A DNA stretch of 60,190 nt, the filler included, from Sphacelaria rigidula (taxonomy: Eukaryota): NCBI GenBank assembly GCA_964200075.2. It is 8 parts of 8 records of this genome, joined end to end, with 100 filler letters (N's around TTAATTAATTAA, not from the genome) between each part and the next. Parts side by side here need not be neighbours in the genome. Positions count along the whole stretch, not along the records: positions 1 to 7,437 come from CAXNAA020014919.1; positions 7,538 to 14,974 come from CAXNAA020014920.1; 6 more parts are not named here. One strand, written 5' to 3'. The position numbers and the translations under genes are program-made. Under the pieces are notes generated by a model. That model had not been told where the DNA came from. It did not search any database and saw nothing but the letters and a program-made list of their open reading frames with translations. This document shows positions 1 through 12,405 of the stretch, piece by piece. Each line of letters begins with the position of its first letter. Within the stretch, counting starts at the first letter, position 1.

Positions 1-839
1 AATCGTGAATTTGGTGATTTTGAGTCGTGATGAGTTGTCCCAACCGTGCACGTTTTCGACCGGGAAAAAAAATCGCGACGACACGCCGTGAGACCGTATA
101 TCCCACCCGGGCGGTCGAAGGGTTGTACCATCATGTATTACCACTCGGCATTGTCGTGCGCTGTGATGATGAAGTGTACTTCAATGAACTACCCCAGAGT
201 ACCAAGGTACGACACTGTACTCGAAGGATGATTGACGGCCTGCCTGGTCAACGGCTTCACGAGTGAACGATTCCACAACCCTGCAGAGAATGACCTCCGT
301 CTGCATAACCATTACTTCAACAAACCTACGATATCATAATGGCCCCCCGGCAAATCCGACTTTCGCAATCCTGAATCACCCTGATTTGCACAAAATTGGA
401 GCCTCTGCAGATTGGGGATTTATCTCCAAAATAAACAGTTTAACGCCACTTCGAATGTATTTTGAAAAAATCTTGTCGGCAAGTGCCTTTTTGGCCATTC
501 TCAGTCGTTTTTTGCCCGAAAAGAGGGTTAGGCGGATGTTGACTTCTTGGAATGACATGTTCTACAGTACTCATTGAGATCGTTCCAGAACACCTTTGCG
601 TTTTCCGCAGGTCACAGTTTCGTTCTTGGTCAAACTTGCATTTTCAATAACAAGCAGTCAAGTGATACAAAAACTGACAAGTTATTCCCCTGTTTTTTCA
701 TTACTTATCGGTTTGCTAATATTGAAGATGCAAGTTTCGCTGAAAACAAAACCGTGATCTACATAAAACGCAATGGTGGTATCAATTTGGCAGCACGCTG
801 CATGCACAGAGAGCCAAGCTACACTACAAATTTACCGTA

Positions 840-1191
840 CTGTGTGTGTGTTGTGTGTGTTGTCGTTCCATCTACTCTGGACGCCGGGCCACACCATTCG
901 GTATATGTGGGCGCACCAGCCAGGGTCACGCAGGAGGAAGGCCAACACAGGAGTTTTTTTTTTTTTTTGGTACTCCACCTTCGTTCTGCGATGCTTGCTT
1001 TTTATTTTTATAGCGAGAGGGGTTCAGCAGTCCTTTTCCCTCGTCGGCCGTGAGGTCGAATTTTGTGTACCCACGACATAGTCGCTCTCCACTGTTGTTG
1101 TGCATGAGAAAAAATCCCAGATCGCTCCGAGATTTGAACCCACGACCCAGCTGTCAGAGGGTTTCGAGGATACCAACTGAGCGACCGGGGC
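840..1191 (-). mobile_element. tRNA-derived SINE with (CA)n tail
   Basis: Minus strand has A-box GCTCAGTTGG, B-box GGTTCAAATC, shared body and ACAACACACA tail; homologous to copies at 7030, 35640, 45370. Confidence 0.85.
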
Positions 1192-2353
1192 TGTACGGAG
1201 GCGCATCATCGTGCAGACTGTATTCGTCATCGACCCCGCTCTCTGCTGCTGTTCTCATGGGGTGAAGGGCCGCTACGCTTCTGGAGGGCGAAGACGAGGT
1301 GGCAACACGCTGACTGGCCGCGAGCAATAGCAGTGGCAGCAGTGCTGGCAGCCAAGCCAGCATCGGTGCTGCTGTGGGGTGAAAAGGGGTGCGGCGTTGA
1401 TGAGCAGCGGGATTCCAAACGCTTTTTCGAAAACAGTTTTCGATAGCCCAGAGCTATAAAAAAATCAGGGTTTTCTGGCAACTTTGGGCTATCGAAGAAT
1501 GGCATCAGAAAGCTTTCTATCAGAAGACGCGTTTTATTTCATCACAGAAGATATGGGTTTTTGTTCATTTATCAGAAAACGCGTTTTTTATAGAGGTTAT
1601 TTTACACAGAAGAAGTAGCCTTAGGCCAACTATTATGAGAGCATTTGAAATTTTATTTTGCAACAATTTCAGAGGATTTTTTTTTTTCTTTGTCATCATG
1701 GTGAACGGGCACAAAATACACAACTACGACAGAGAAAAAAAAAAACATTTTAAATTATTGCAAAATATAATTCTAAACGCTCCCTCAAGAGTTGGCCTTA
1801 GCAAATCATTCTTCGATCGGAAGAGTGCGGTGGAAAACAGGAAATTCGATCTGATAGGTCGCTTTCTTCAACGTAAGTGGCGTGGACATAAATGACGTAC
1901 TCGTACATAAATAACAACCTAACCTGACCTACGAGCATCTGATCGGGATTTTCTTTCTCCGCCGCACTTTTTCGATCGAAAAATGAATTGCTCAAACACG
2001 CCCTTATATCATTTCGTAGGCTTCCTATAATAAAAAGTTTATTTCGGAAGACGCGTTTTTATCATTTCAGAGGGTAGATATCTCAGGAACAGAGTGCAGA
2101 AGAAAAAAAAACACATGATCGAAAAAGAGTCAAGGGGATAACACAGTTGACGGAGGGGGAACTTATTTTCCGTTACATTCTGATCCTGAAATATTTGCAC
2201 TTTGAATTGACAAATAGGCGTTTTCCGAAACTCCCTTTTGTCAACACCCTCTCCGGAAACAGTCACAAATCAGACCGAAGGGGCCAATCCAAGAAAAATT
2301 CTGGGGTAACCTTACTCGTTCTGGTACTCGAGTAGTCGTAAGGTGTACTATTA

Positions 2354-3520
2354 TTACCCTTAGACCGCGGTGCGGGTAGTCCATCTGGATCAGGCAGTCT
2401 TTCTTCGAGTGAATATTGATGCCGATTAAGCTGGTGGCCTACCCTCGCGGTCAAAGGGTTGACAGCAAAGGGTTGACAGCTCTACACCCCCCCCTCCCGG
2501 AATCACCGATTTTTCCCGTGGGGAAAAACACCACAAAGAAGATGAGAGCAGGTTCCTTCATCCATAGGCCGTGGTGTGGGTAGTCCATCTGGATCATGCA
2601 TACTTTTTTTCGAGTGAATATTGATGCCGATTGAGCAGGTGACCCACCCTCGCGGTCGAACGGTTAACCCGTAGACCGCGATGCTGGTAGTCCATCTAGA
2701 TCACGCATACTTTTTTCAAGTGAATATTGATGCCGATTCAGCAGGTGACCCACTCTCGCGGTCGAACGGTTAACCCGTAGACCGCGGTGCGGGTAGTCAA
2801 TCTAGATCACGCATATTTTTTTTCCAAGAGAACATTGATGCCGATTCAGGAGGTAGGCCTGCCCTCGCGGTCAAAGGGTTCACCCTTCCTATTTAGACGG
2901 CTAGAGTAGGTCATCTCTTGAATCGGCTTCAATTTCACTTGGAAAAAATATGCATTAACCCACTGGCCGCGACGGTAGTTCACCTGGATCATGAATACTT
3001 TCCTCCAGTGAAACTCAAGCCAGTTCAAAAATGACCTATGCTCGACATCACAGGGTTAGGTCACCAGCCGAATCGGCATCCATGTTCACTTGAAAAAAGT
3101 ATGCATGGTCCAGATGGACTACCCCCACCGTCTAAGGGTTAACCAGTTCAAGAAATAGAAAATACATCAATTTATCAGGACTGACGACAGATTGACAGAA
3201 TTCTCCGAATCTCGAGCGTCGAAAGTTTTCTTCAACATTCTTTTTCGGGGGAAAGTGAATCCTTCGACCGCGATGCTGGTACGAATCCATCTGGATCACG
3301 CATACTTTTTCAAGTGAATATTGATGCCGATTCAGCAGGTGACCTACCCTTGCGGTTAACCCTTAGACCGCGAGGTTAGTCTTCTGTTGAATCGGCATCG
3401 ATTTCAAGTGAAAAAAAGTATGCATNNNNNNNNNNAGGATAGTTTTCTGTTAAATAGGAATCGATTTCAAGTGAAAAAAAGTATGCATGATCCAGAAAGA
3501 CTAATCTCGCGGTCTAAGGG
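2354..3520. mobile_element. Cluster/tandem array of ~106-bp piggyBac-like MITEs (other copies ~5130-5225, 7189-7286, 29802-29906)
   Basis: Units CCC(T/G)TAGACCGCG...CGCGGTC(A/G)AA(G/C)GG joined at TTAA (2664-2667, 2770-2773); both orientations present. Confidence 0.8.
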
Positions 3521-3604
3521 GTAAGGGTGTTACAAGTCAACAAGTGAAAACGACTCCCATGCCCTACGAGCTGGGCCGCCCAGGAAGCCACCAGGAATGT
3601 TGAA

Positions 3605-4300
3605 ACGCATATTCTTCGCTCAATTTTGAATCGTTTTCGATGAAATTTTGACACGATGTACAGGACGTATGTGCGAATCCCAGACCTTTCCTTCCATGTT
3701 TTTTTTTCTTCGTGAGTTGTTGACAATTTTGTTTCGGAAAAACTGTTCTGAAATGTCCCGTCGCCCATAACTCACGTAGGGAAAAAAAAAACATAGGGGA
3801 GAAAAGGTTGGGTATTTGCACATACGTCCTGTACATCGTGTCAAAATTTCATCAAAAACGATCCAAAATTGAGCGAAGGATATGCGTCATTCCGTCGACA
3901 ACCAGTTACTTTGGTATATTGAGGTGGACTAGTTACGAATAATTCAAACGCACTTATGCTGTTCAATTTCAAGTTGTTTTCGATGAAACTTTGACACGAT
4001 GTATAGGACGTATGTGCGAATACCGAACGTTTCGTGAAAATTGTTTTTTTTCGTGAGTTATCACGATTTTTGTTCCGAAGAAACTGTTCTGAAATATTCC
4101 GTCGCCAATAACTCACGGATAAACACACACACACACACACACACACACACGGGGGGGGGGCGTACTCATTTGTTGCTTGCCTTAGTCATTTGACCATTGA
4201 CCACGCATCCCTTTCGAGACGGAGCATGGGAGGAACAGAGGGTTGTTTGCACATACGTCCTGTACATCATGTCAACATTTAATCGAAAATGACTGAGTGT
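3605..4300. mobile_element. Two tandem long-TIR MITE-like elements
   Basis: ~60-bp arms CTCAATTTTGAATCGTTTTCGATGAAATTTTGACACGATGTACAGGACGTATGTGC and their inverse, twice; same paired arrangement at ~43090-43710. Confidence 0.75.
4151..4226. repeat. ~72-bp G-tract-anchored dispersed element (short form)
   Basis: G10-CGTACTCATTTGTTGCTTGCC...TTTCGAGACGGAGCA, identical to 28141-28213; also at 22612-22653, 30301-30353, 55266-55349. Confidence 0.85.
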
Positions 4301-4897
4301 TGGGCTCGGGAATTGTGCTACAGCTTGTGCGGCACCACGCGGCACAAAACTGACTGTTACCGAAAATCCATTCTCAGCCGTTGTCTTTTGGCTCATTCCG
4401 CCGCACATAGTACCCTCCACTCCTTACACTTTCGCACTTGACTACAGTTTGGCATTTACTTTGATGAAACCTTGTCGGATCGCGGTGCTACATGGATTTG
4501 AAGACGCGCGCTGATTTGCCGATTACCACGATGTGTCACAGTAGGCACAACTCGCGATACATCGTCAGTTAGAACAGGCTGAAGGAAAGTGAGATTCTTA
4601 GGCGGCCCAGCCTGCACGCAAGCTGAGGCGGCCCAGAAGCGGATCTGTAGATTGCAGGCAGGTTCTCAACTGAATTTTGAGAGTTACGCTTTCAAAATCG
4701 AGGTGGAGGATCGCTAGGGCATAGGTAAAAAAAAGGGGGGACGAAAGTACCATTTTATGGGTCTAAGAGCGAGGAACAAGATCTAGTTTTCACCAAATCA
4801 AAACATCCCCAACTCGCTGAAAAAAATATCAAACGTCCCAAGAAATATGGAAAATCGGTACGTAAGGCATGATGAAAATGGATTTTTGGGACACCAA

Positions 4898-5057
4898 CTC
4901 TTTTTGGGACCGGATTCCCAGAATCATGTGGTTTGCACGCACGGGTATGTTGTGAAGCGGGATCATTTTCATTTGTTTTCAAGTGAAAATGAGGTCGGTT
5001 CACGGAAATGCACCTGCGTGTAAACCACATGTTTCTGGGAGTCCAGTCCCAAAAGGG
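4898..5057. mobile_element. Small foldback MITE
   Basis: TTTTGGGACCGGATTCCCAGAATCATGTGGTTT ... AAACCACATGTTTCTGGGAGTCCAGTCCCAAAAG imperfect inverted arms. Confidence 0.6.
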
Positions 5058-7029
5058 CTAATATGTACATTTTTCACGACTTTAGGGCAAGCAACCAAGA
5101 TTCAATTTCACGATAACGTCCTCAACACTTTGACGGCGAAAGCATGTCATCTGTTGAATCATCACCAACTTCACTTGAAAAAAGTATGCATGACCCCGAA
5201 GGACTACCCTTGCGGCCCAAGGGTAAACCTATTGAAAAAATGCCAAATGTCCAAAATATGTACGCATTCTCCAGCGATCCTGCACACCAAATTTGAAAGT
5301 GAAACCCTCAAAATTGGGGTGAGAATGCCAGATTTACAGCCTGGGCCGGTCAACAAACGGAGCTGTATGCTGTAGGCCATTCAACAGCTCAGTTGTGGTA
5401 CTTGAGCTCTCAAATTTTTGCTGGAGAATCGCAACGGCACGATACTACCAACACAAACTCTGCGGGATACGGAAATATATTTTTCGTGATTCAAGGGCGT
5501 TTTAGTGTAGTAGAGACCATCTTGTTACGAGAGCATCTTTCATCACGAAAAACAATGAAGGTTCAGCTTTGTTTTGTTTTCAGTATGCCCTTGCGATTCT
5601 CCGTACTCAACTCGAAAGCACTATTCTGAGGTAAGTAAGGGCCAAAAATGACGATAAGTTTTCACAAAAACGACCGCAGGTCATGAAAAAAAAAAATCCC
5701 AAGATCCTGAACATTCGTTTCTATTTTGCCCTTGCAATACCCCATATCAAATTTCAAAGCATAACTCTAAAAAGTGAGATGCGAGATTCAGATTTAGTGC
5801 ATTGAGTGCCTCTGCTCGTAATATATTGAGCTTAGTATAGGATATTATGTGCGCCATTTCGTAAGACAGATAATAAGTAGGCGAAGGTGAGGGTATCGAC
5901 CGTTGTCCTATGCTCCATCTTCGCCAAAAACCGGCATGAGCTGTACATTTGTTTCTAGACTTTGTTCGACTTTTTTGGAGAATTTTTCGACTATCCCCCC
6001 GCCCCCCCAAAAAAATGCTTACTAAAAAATACAACGCTACAGTTTCCGAGTAATGTGTAGTCAGTCTCAATTCGTTCTATGGTGTTCTTCGACCTGGTCG
6101 AGAAATCTGAAATCTGCTGCCACATTTTTCGGGGAGGATTTTTCTTCCCCCCCCCAAAAAAGTCGGAAAGTCTGAAGAATAAAAGCAGCCCCGTTAAAAA
6201 CGACCCTAAGCAACAGCATGTAGCTTCAGCCGCGCTACTGATCTATTGAGTGCGTTTCGCTTGGCACTGGTGGGGATCTATTTGGAAGTGGACGAGAAAC
6301 GACCGATTGTCAGACGCCCGCCGAAAACACCCACAAAAGAGTCAGCGACAGCAGGTTTTCGGTTGTGTGATGGATGGCACATATGGCACGCACGCGGCCG
6401 TCCTTCCTCTTAATACTGAACGGAATCCAGTCGAACACGGAAGACTGCCGCGTGTGGATTAGCAAGGGCTAGCTACCGCTGGGGCTAGTGTGCAGCGACT
6501 GTAATTTTTCGTGCTTTTTTTCGGGGTTCGGTGTGTAGTTGCTGAGCTTCCTTGTGGCGTCTTTCTTGTAACAGCGCAGAGATGTGGGATCAACCAATCA
6601 CTGGAAGGAATCTCGCATATTCCCCACGTGTCCACTCCGGAGTGTTCATGGATTTTTTTACTGATCTCCGAGAAAAATTAGCGGTCTCTGAGAAAAATAG
6701 CGTATTTGTCCAGAGACGGTCATGTCCATAGAAAAAGACATATTTTCAGATTCTTCTAGATTTGACCGTTCTTGACCGTTCTTGGACAAAAATGCTTGTT
6801 TGACCCCAAGTAAAAAAGACTGCGGCCACCGGAAAACGCGAAGATGTCCTGGAACCGTCTGAACGAGTAGAGCAAGTCATTCCAGGGTGTCAAACTCCGC
6901 CTACCTTTCTTTTAGGGCGTAAAACGACGAAGAACGACCTAAAGAGTATTTTTACTATTTTTTTCCCCGTCCACCATAAGGAGCGGTTGCGTCGCCCTTA
7001 AGAAAATCTTCTCTCTACACTGAAATGCT

Positions 7030-7437
7030 GGACGCCCCGGTGGCTCAGGTGGCCAACCTCGAAACGTTTTGACGGTTGGGTCGTGGGTTCGAATCTCGGT
7101 GCGGTCACACGATCTGGGATTTTTCCTCACACGTTGCCCAACAGTAGTGGAGAGCGACCATGTCGCAAGTACACGAAATTCGACTTGACCCTGAGACCAC
7201 GACGGTAGTCTATCTGGATCATACATACTTTTTTCAAGTGAAATTGATGCCGATTCAACAGATGACGTACTCTCGCTGTCTAAGGGTTAACGGTCGACGA
7301 GGGAAAGGGACTGCTGAACCCCTCTCGCGATAAAAAAAATAAGGCAAGCACCGCAGAAGGAAGGTGGAGTACTAGAACAACATGAAAAAAGAAAAAAACT
7401 CCTGCGTTGGCCTTTCTCCTGTGTGACCCCGGCTGAT
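7030..7437 (+). mobile_element. tRNA-derived SINE copy, interrupted by a piggyBac-like MITE (7189-7286) and cut by the contig end
   Basis: GCCCCGGTGGCTCAGGTGG...GGGTTCGAATCTC head; insert flanked by TTGA/TTAA. Confidence 0.85.
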
Positions 7438-7537
7438 NNNNNNNNNNNNNNNNNNNNNNNNNNNNNNNNNNNNNNNNNNNNTTAATTAATTAANNNNNNN
7501 NNNNNNNNNNNNNNNNNNNNNNNNNNNNNNNNNNNNN
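7438..7537. other. Artificial contig spacer N44-TTAATTAATTAA-N44 (also at 14975-15074, 22512-22611, 30048-30147, 37584-37683, 45120-45219, 52656-52755)
   Basis: Identical 100-bp spacer with stops in all six frames, recurring every 7536-7537 bp. Confidence 0.98.
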
Positions 7538-9496
7538 TGGGCACCATCGCTGAAAGTGTGGGGAAAACATTGTTTTAAGCTTGAGCCTCATCTCAAAGGT
7601 AAACCTCAATTCGCACAACTTGCTGTTTTCAGCTGTTCAAGTCCCACATACTGCACGCAAGCTTTTGATGCAGCAGACGTCATGGTAACGGAGTGCAATT
7701 TACCCCGGTCATGGATGCATATACCTGATGAAAACCCCGTAGTCCCGTGTCGACGAACATGAAACAATATACAGGGAATAATGAAACATCTCATCGCGCG
7801 GTTGATACTGCGTACTCGGGATATATATTCACAACAATAAACTGGACTGGACTGTACAATATCATTGCATGCGGGACAGTGCGCTACACCGCCGTGCTTA
7901 TACGTGCGGCGCTATGTACTGCAGATGGCTGGCTATGTATACAATTTAGATGCCTGCAGCTTATTTTGATATATGGGGCGGGTGTTATATACCGTCACGA
8001 ACTCCAGTTTTTCACGCGCGTTCCACAGCATGTTTGCCCACAGTTACCGAAGCACAGTAAGTAGGGCGTGGAAGGGAAGAGGGCACGTACAGTGCAGACA
8101 GCGCAGGACAATGTATACGTATGTTCTCTACCAACAGTGCGACGTAAAGAGGACTTGAACGACGTGCAGCATATCGTACGCGGCCTGTATGCTGCACTAT
8201 ATGTTATATCGCGGTGCATCCGCAGCATGCATATGGTGAGTGTGCATATGCATAATAAAGGTGGCCGGTTGATTGTTCCTCGCACCCGCCTATACGCACC
8301 CCGCGTATGTCGTCGCCGCGCAATGTCGCGACCATGAAAGGAGGTGCTCAAGTTTTCACCAACGAGAAATACATCATATCCACCCGCACGGCCGTGTGTA
8401 TGTGTCCATATCCCTGTGCCCAACCCGTGCTCTTTGCTGCACGGTTGTGGTGGTATAGCTGGGCGGAATAATACTTTTGTGCGGGCGGGTGTTCATTGTT
8501 ATACGATTCATCTATATACTATTAATATGCGATGAATTAAGTGATATTTTCTAAACATGGTTCGTGTTGGTAGACGATGGAATACGGGGTTTTGTGAAGC
8601 ATGTGAATAGATGGGCGAGGTATACCCGGTCGTCCAGCATCTTGCCACGCCTTTCCAGGGATTTCAGATGAAGCACACAGGTGTGGACATACACACGTAT
8701 CCAACACGTGGGATCTCTATTCAGCGAAAGCTGTTGAGAGCTATTCATCCTTTAGCCCATGTACACATGGACTGGGGAGCAAAAGGATGAATACCTTTCA
8801 GCAACTTTTTCTGCGTGTCGGATCCTATGCGCTGGTAACGATGCAGTATGCGGAATTTGCCCAGCAGCTGACGCTGCTCGCAATAAATCTCTTTCCCCCC
8901 AATCTCCGGATGAAGTGGAGGGCAAAGTAAATATTTATTTCGAGCTTCTTCTGCTGTTCAAATTCCGAATCTGCCAGTGTGCATGGGATTTGCGCAGCAG
9001 AAGAAGCTATTTGAAATTGATAATTTTTTCGCTCATTTCAAAAATGGATGAAAAAGGGATCGATCTTGAACAGCTTATTCTGCTGTTCGAAATAAGTCTC
9101 TTTTTTTTTGTCGAAATAAATTGGGCGAAAAAAGGATTTGTTTTGAATAACTTGTCCTGCTGTCCAAAACAAATTCCTTTTCGTTCGATTTAAATCGGGT
9201 GAAGAGGAATTTACCTCGGACAAAAGGACAAGCTATTGAAAATATATAAATTTACAGATTTTGTACCAAAATATTTGGAATAAAAAGAAAAAACGTCAGG
9301 GTTTTTTACCAAAACACTACCACATGACTGTGCAGGGCTTTGCCGACAAGCCTACACAGGGCTGTAAGCCCAACCCTGGGGAAGACCCTATCAAAACGCT
9401 ACGAGGGGTACAGGTTTGGGTTTGCACTGTCAGGGTTTTTAAAAAAAGACTGTGGAGGACCCTGTATGGACCCTGCACAGTGTGCCCCACAGGGTA

Positions 9497-12405
9497 CTAT
9501 CTCTCCACGGGTGCGGTTTCAGCCTGTCGCAGAAGATCCGGAATAATTACCTCCGGTTTTCTTGCGGGTCGGGCCACGGTTGTTGCGGGCCGAGTGGTTC
9601 GCTCCGGAAACGCCCGAGGAGGATCCTCCGCCGCCATGGCGGCGGCGTGAGCCTCCTCCATCTATTCATCGTCATCCCACCGATAGGTTTTCTTCTTTCC
9701 TCCGCAGTTGGCACTCGTGGGAATCCAACCATCATCATCCTGGCCATCGTCGGCGATGGTGGCGTCAGGATCAGAGTTGTAAGCGGCACGTAGCGCCGCA
9801 AATCAACCGGTGACAGTGTCTACGTAGCGCTGGTGATGAGGGCTGGTACCGATGGTCATGTGCAGGACCAGTTAGCCCAGGGTGAGGGACGGCGCGCCGT
9901 TGTCAGGAAAGAATCCGCTCTGGTCCGCGTAGAGGCCGAGAACGTGGGGGAAACGTTGCTGCACCAGGTTCCAGGCTTGGCGGGAGCAGTGTAAGTGGTT
10001 GGTCTTGTGGAAATGGCTGGTTTAGTCGATCGCGGAACGAGAAAGCCACGCTCGTTCGTAGGGCGTCAGTTGCAGGCCTGGTGTCGGACCGGCATTGGCC
10101 GCCGAGCTAGCTGCTCAAAGCGGGGGTGTTGGGGCCGTCTTGGGCACGGCAGCGGCCGTAGCATACGACAGTTGGTCGGACTTACGTGGAATAATGTAAG
10201 TCGACATACCGGTCTTGGGCTGGTGAGAAGGGCAACCACTGAGCGGGTTGCCGGCGGACGGCGGAGAGGCCTGATGGTTAGTCAGGCGGGCCACCGACGT
10301 GGCCGCTTCGTGGGCGATCCGTCGGACATGGTCCTCGAGGTCCCGCACTCGTCTCTGGGCCGCCATAGCAGCAGTGCGGCCCTCCTGCAAGCGCATTGAG
10401 CGGCGGAATTCGATGTTTGAGCACGTGAAGCCTGTCGCTGAAGGTCTCGGTGCATGTCAGCATGTTCCTCTGCCAGGAGGCGTGCAGCAGCGGCGTCAGC
10501 CTCCCTTTGTTGCTCTATGATGTCCTTGGCAAGCGCTGGCGCTTGCGAGGCGTAATCCTCGATGAACCTTAACTGTTCCGCGCGGGGGTGGTTCTTGAAC
10601 AGCCGCAAGAGGAGGTCAGTCGGGCAGTGCTCGTCGCCGAGCGAAGGGAGTTCCTCCACAGATGGGGGCGAGGGCACAGGCGCATCCGTGACGGGACCAA
10701 TGGTTGGGCCACTATCAGCGTCGGTATCGACGGCGGACGGGGCTGCAGCGGTTGTGGGAGCCGTGACTGTAGTCGTGGCTGGAGGCGCAGCGACCATGGC
10801 AGCAGCGGCGGCAGCGGCAGTGGTGGCGGCAGCAGCAGCGGCTATAACTCCTTTGTTCTCCATAGTGTTCTTGGCGGCAGCGCCGGTGCTTTGTCCCTTG
10901 TTCTCCATTCTGGACTTGGTCAGTTTTCGCTCAAGGGAGCGAATAATCGCAGCATCAGAGCGAGACGGGGGGTCGCGGTCATTGCGGGGTCGTCGGTTGT
11001 GCGATGAAGTACGGCTGGATCCCTCAATTGAGGATTCGATAGCCGGTGACATGTCCGAAAATATATTCTGGATGTCGTCAGCATGTAGAGTATTATCAAT
11101 GCGTGAATGACGGCGGCGTGACTGAGAGGCGGAGCAGGAGGGGTGCGCGCGGTTGCATGATCGGTGTTCTTCGAGCGTGAATGAACGCGCGATGAATTCG
11201 ATCTGTGGCGAGAATTATCCTCGTGAGTACGGTCACGGTCGGCATTCATCGGGCGCTTCAGAGCGCGCGATGAGTTGGAACTGTGTCGTGAACTACCTTC
11301 ATATGTGCGGCCATGAGCGACATTCTTTGGGCGTGTGAAAACGCGCGATGAATTCAAGCTGTGCTGGGAATTTTCCTTGGAACTGACAGCACGGGTGACG
11401 TGGTCGTGACCAACAGTCGGTGTGCGGCGTCGTTCAGGAGCGCGAGCAAGACTTTGGTTTGGAGTGGAGGAGGAGCTGGACTCGTATTCGTTGAATTTCT
11501 CATGAGATACAAACAGAGAACGGGGTGTCGCCGATCGAGGCGCCAAACCCACGGGTTTGCGCGCGGCAGGTTCAGAGTCATCGTTGAATTTCACGTGAGC
11601 AGAAGTCGATTAGTCTTGGAGCGCGGCCTGGCAAAACGGCGTAAATGCCTCGATTAGAGCTGGGACTGGCGTGTGCGCCGACGCCGAAGAAGGGCGATGC
11701 AAATTCTGCAGGGCAGAATGCATGGCCGCGATCGCTGGTCCGACATTGGAGCGCAAAGCAGGGTGCATTGAACTGCCAAAAGTCGTGCGATTGGGGTCCG
11801 TAACGGAAGCAACTCGCGTGGCAAAATCTCTTGCTCCAGAAGCGATACGCTTCGTCGGGACTGAGTTGTCTGGCACGTGTGTCCAGGGGCAACGACTCAG
11901 CTGAAAGCACAATACTGTCTTCGGATTCCGCATCGGGATTCGGAAGAACAGGCTGCAGCGAGGGGGGTGCTACGGAATCCACCGTCATGGGTTCCCTGAC
12001 ATGTCTGTCAGGAGCCAATGACTCAGCCGGTGGCACAGTCCTGTTCTCTGAGTCCGAATCGGTACAGGAGAGAACAGGTCTCGGCGTCACAGTCTTGTCT
12101 TCAAGCCACGAAGAACGAGCACCGCTTGAAGGTTGGTCTTCAGATCCCGAAGATCAAACAGCGCTCGCGTACGTGCGTCGAGTAGTCGAAGGTGACGCGA
12201 GACTCTTATCGAAATATTTCGAACCGCCCGCGGTTTGACTCCGTGTCCGGCGAAGCGGTCGGTTTCCCGATTGAGGGGAAGAGTCGACGTTATTTCTGTG
12301 CGCCATGAACCTGGTCGCGCGCAACTCGTGTGCATGAAAAGTAGGAGCAGTGTGTCTGGTCGTCGGGCTCTAATCAAAAGGAGCGTGACACCAAAAAATG
12401 CCAAG
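9497..12405 (-). mobile_element. Degenerate gag-like ORF of a probable LTR retrotransposon
   Basis: Chain of overlapping minus-strand ORFs (12090-11578, 11594-10920, 11052-10282, 10396-10115) linked by frameshifts; decayed zinc knuckle CFR(Y)GPQSHDFWQ(F); internal 78-bp and 120-bp coding repeats; upstream ...TGCA-2nt-TGG LTR/PBS-like junction at 12401-12409. Confidence 0.6.

Noticed and set aside
1120-1191. tRNA gene (also 7030, 35640, 45530, 15675-15765, 37320-37360)
   Set aside because: A/B boxes are present but there is no intact cloverleaf; most continue into a shared SINE body
7634-8650. Series of tiny exon-like segments with AG/GT boundaries
   Set aside because: No coherent reading frame or recognisable product
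10562-11110. 182-aa plus-strand ORF
   Set aside because: Antisense shadow of the minus-strand gag-like ORF
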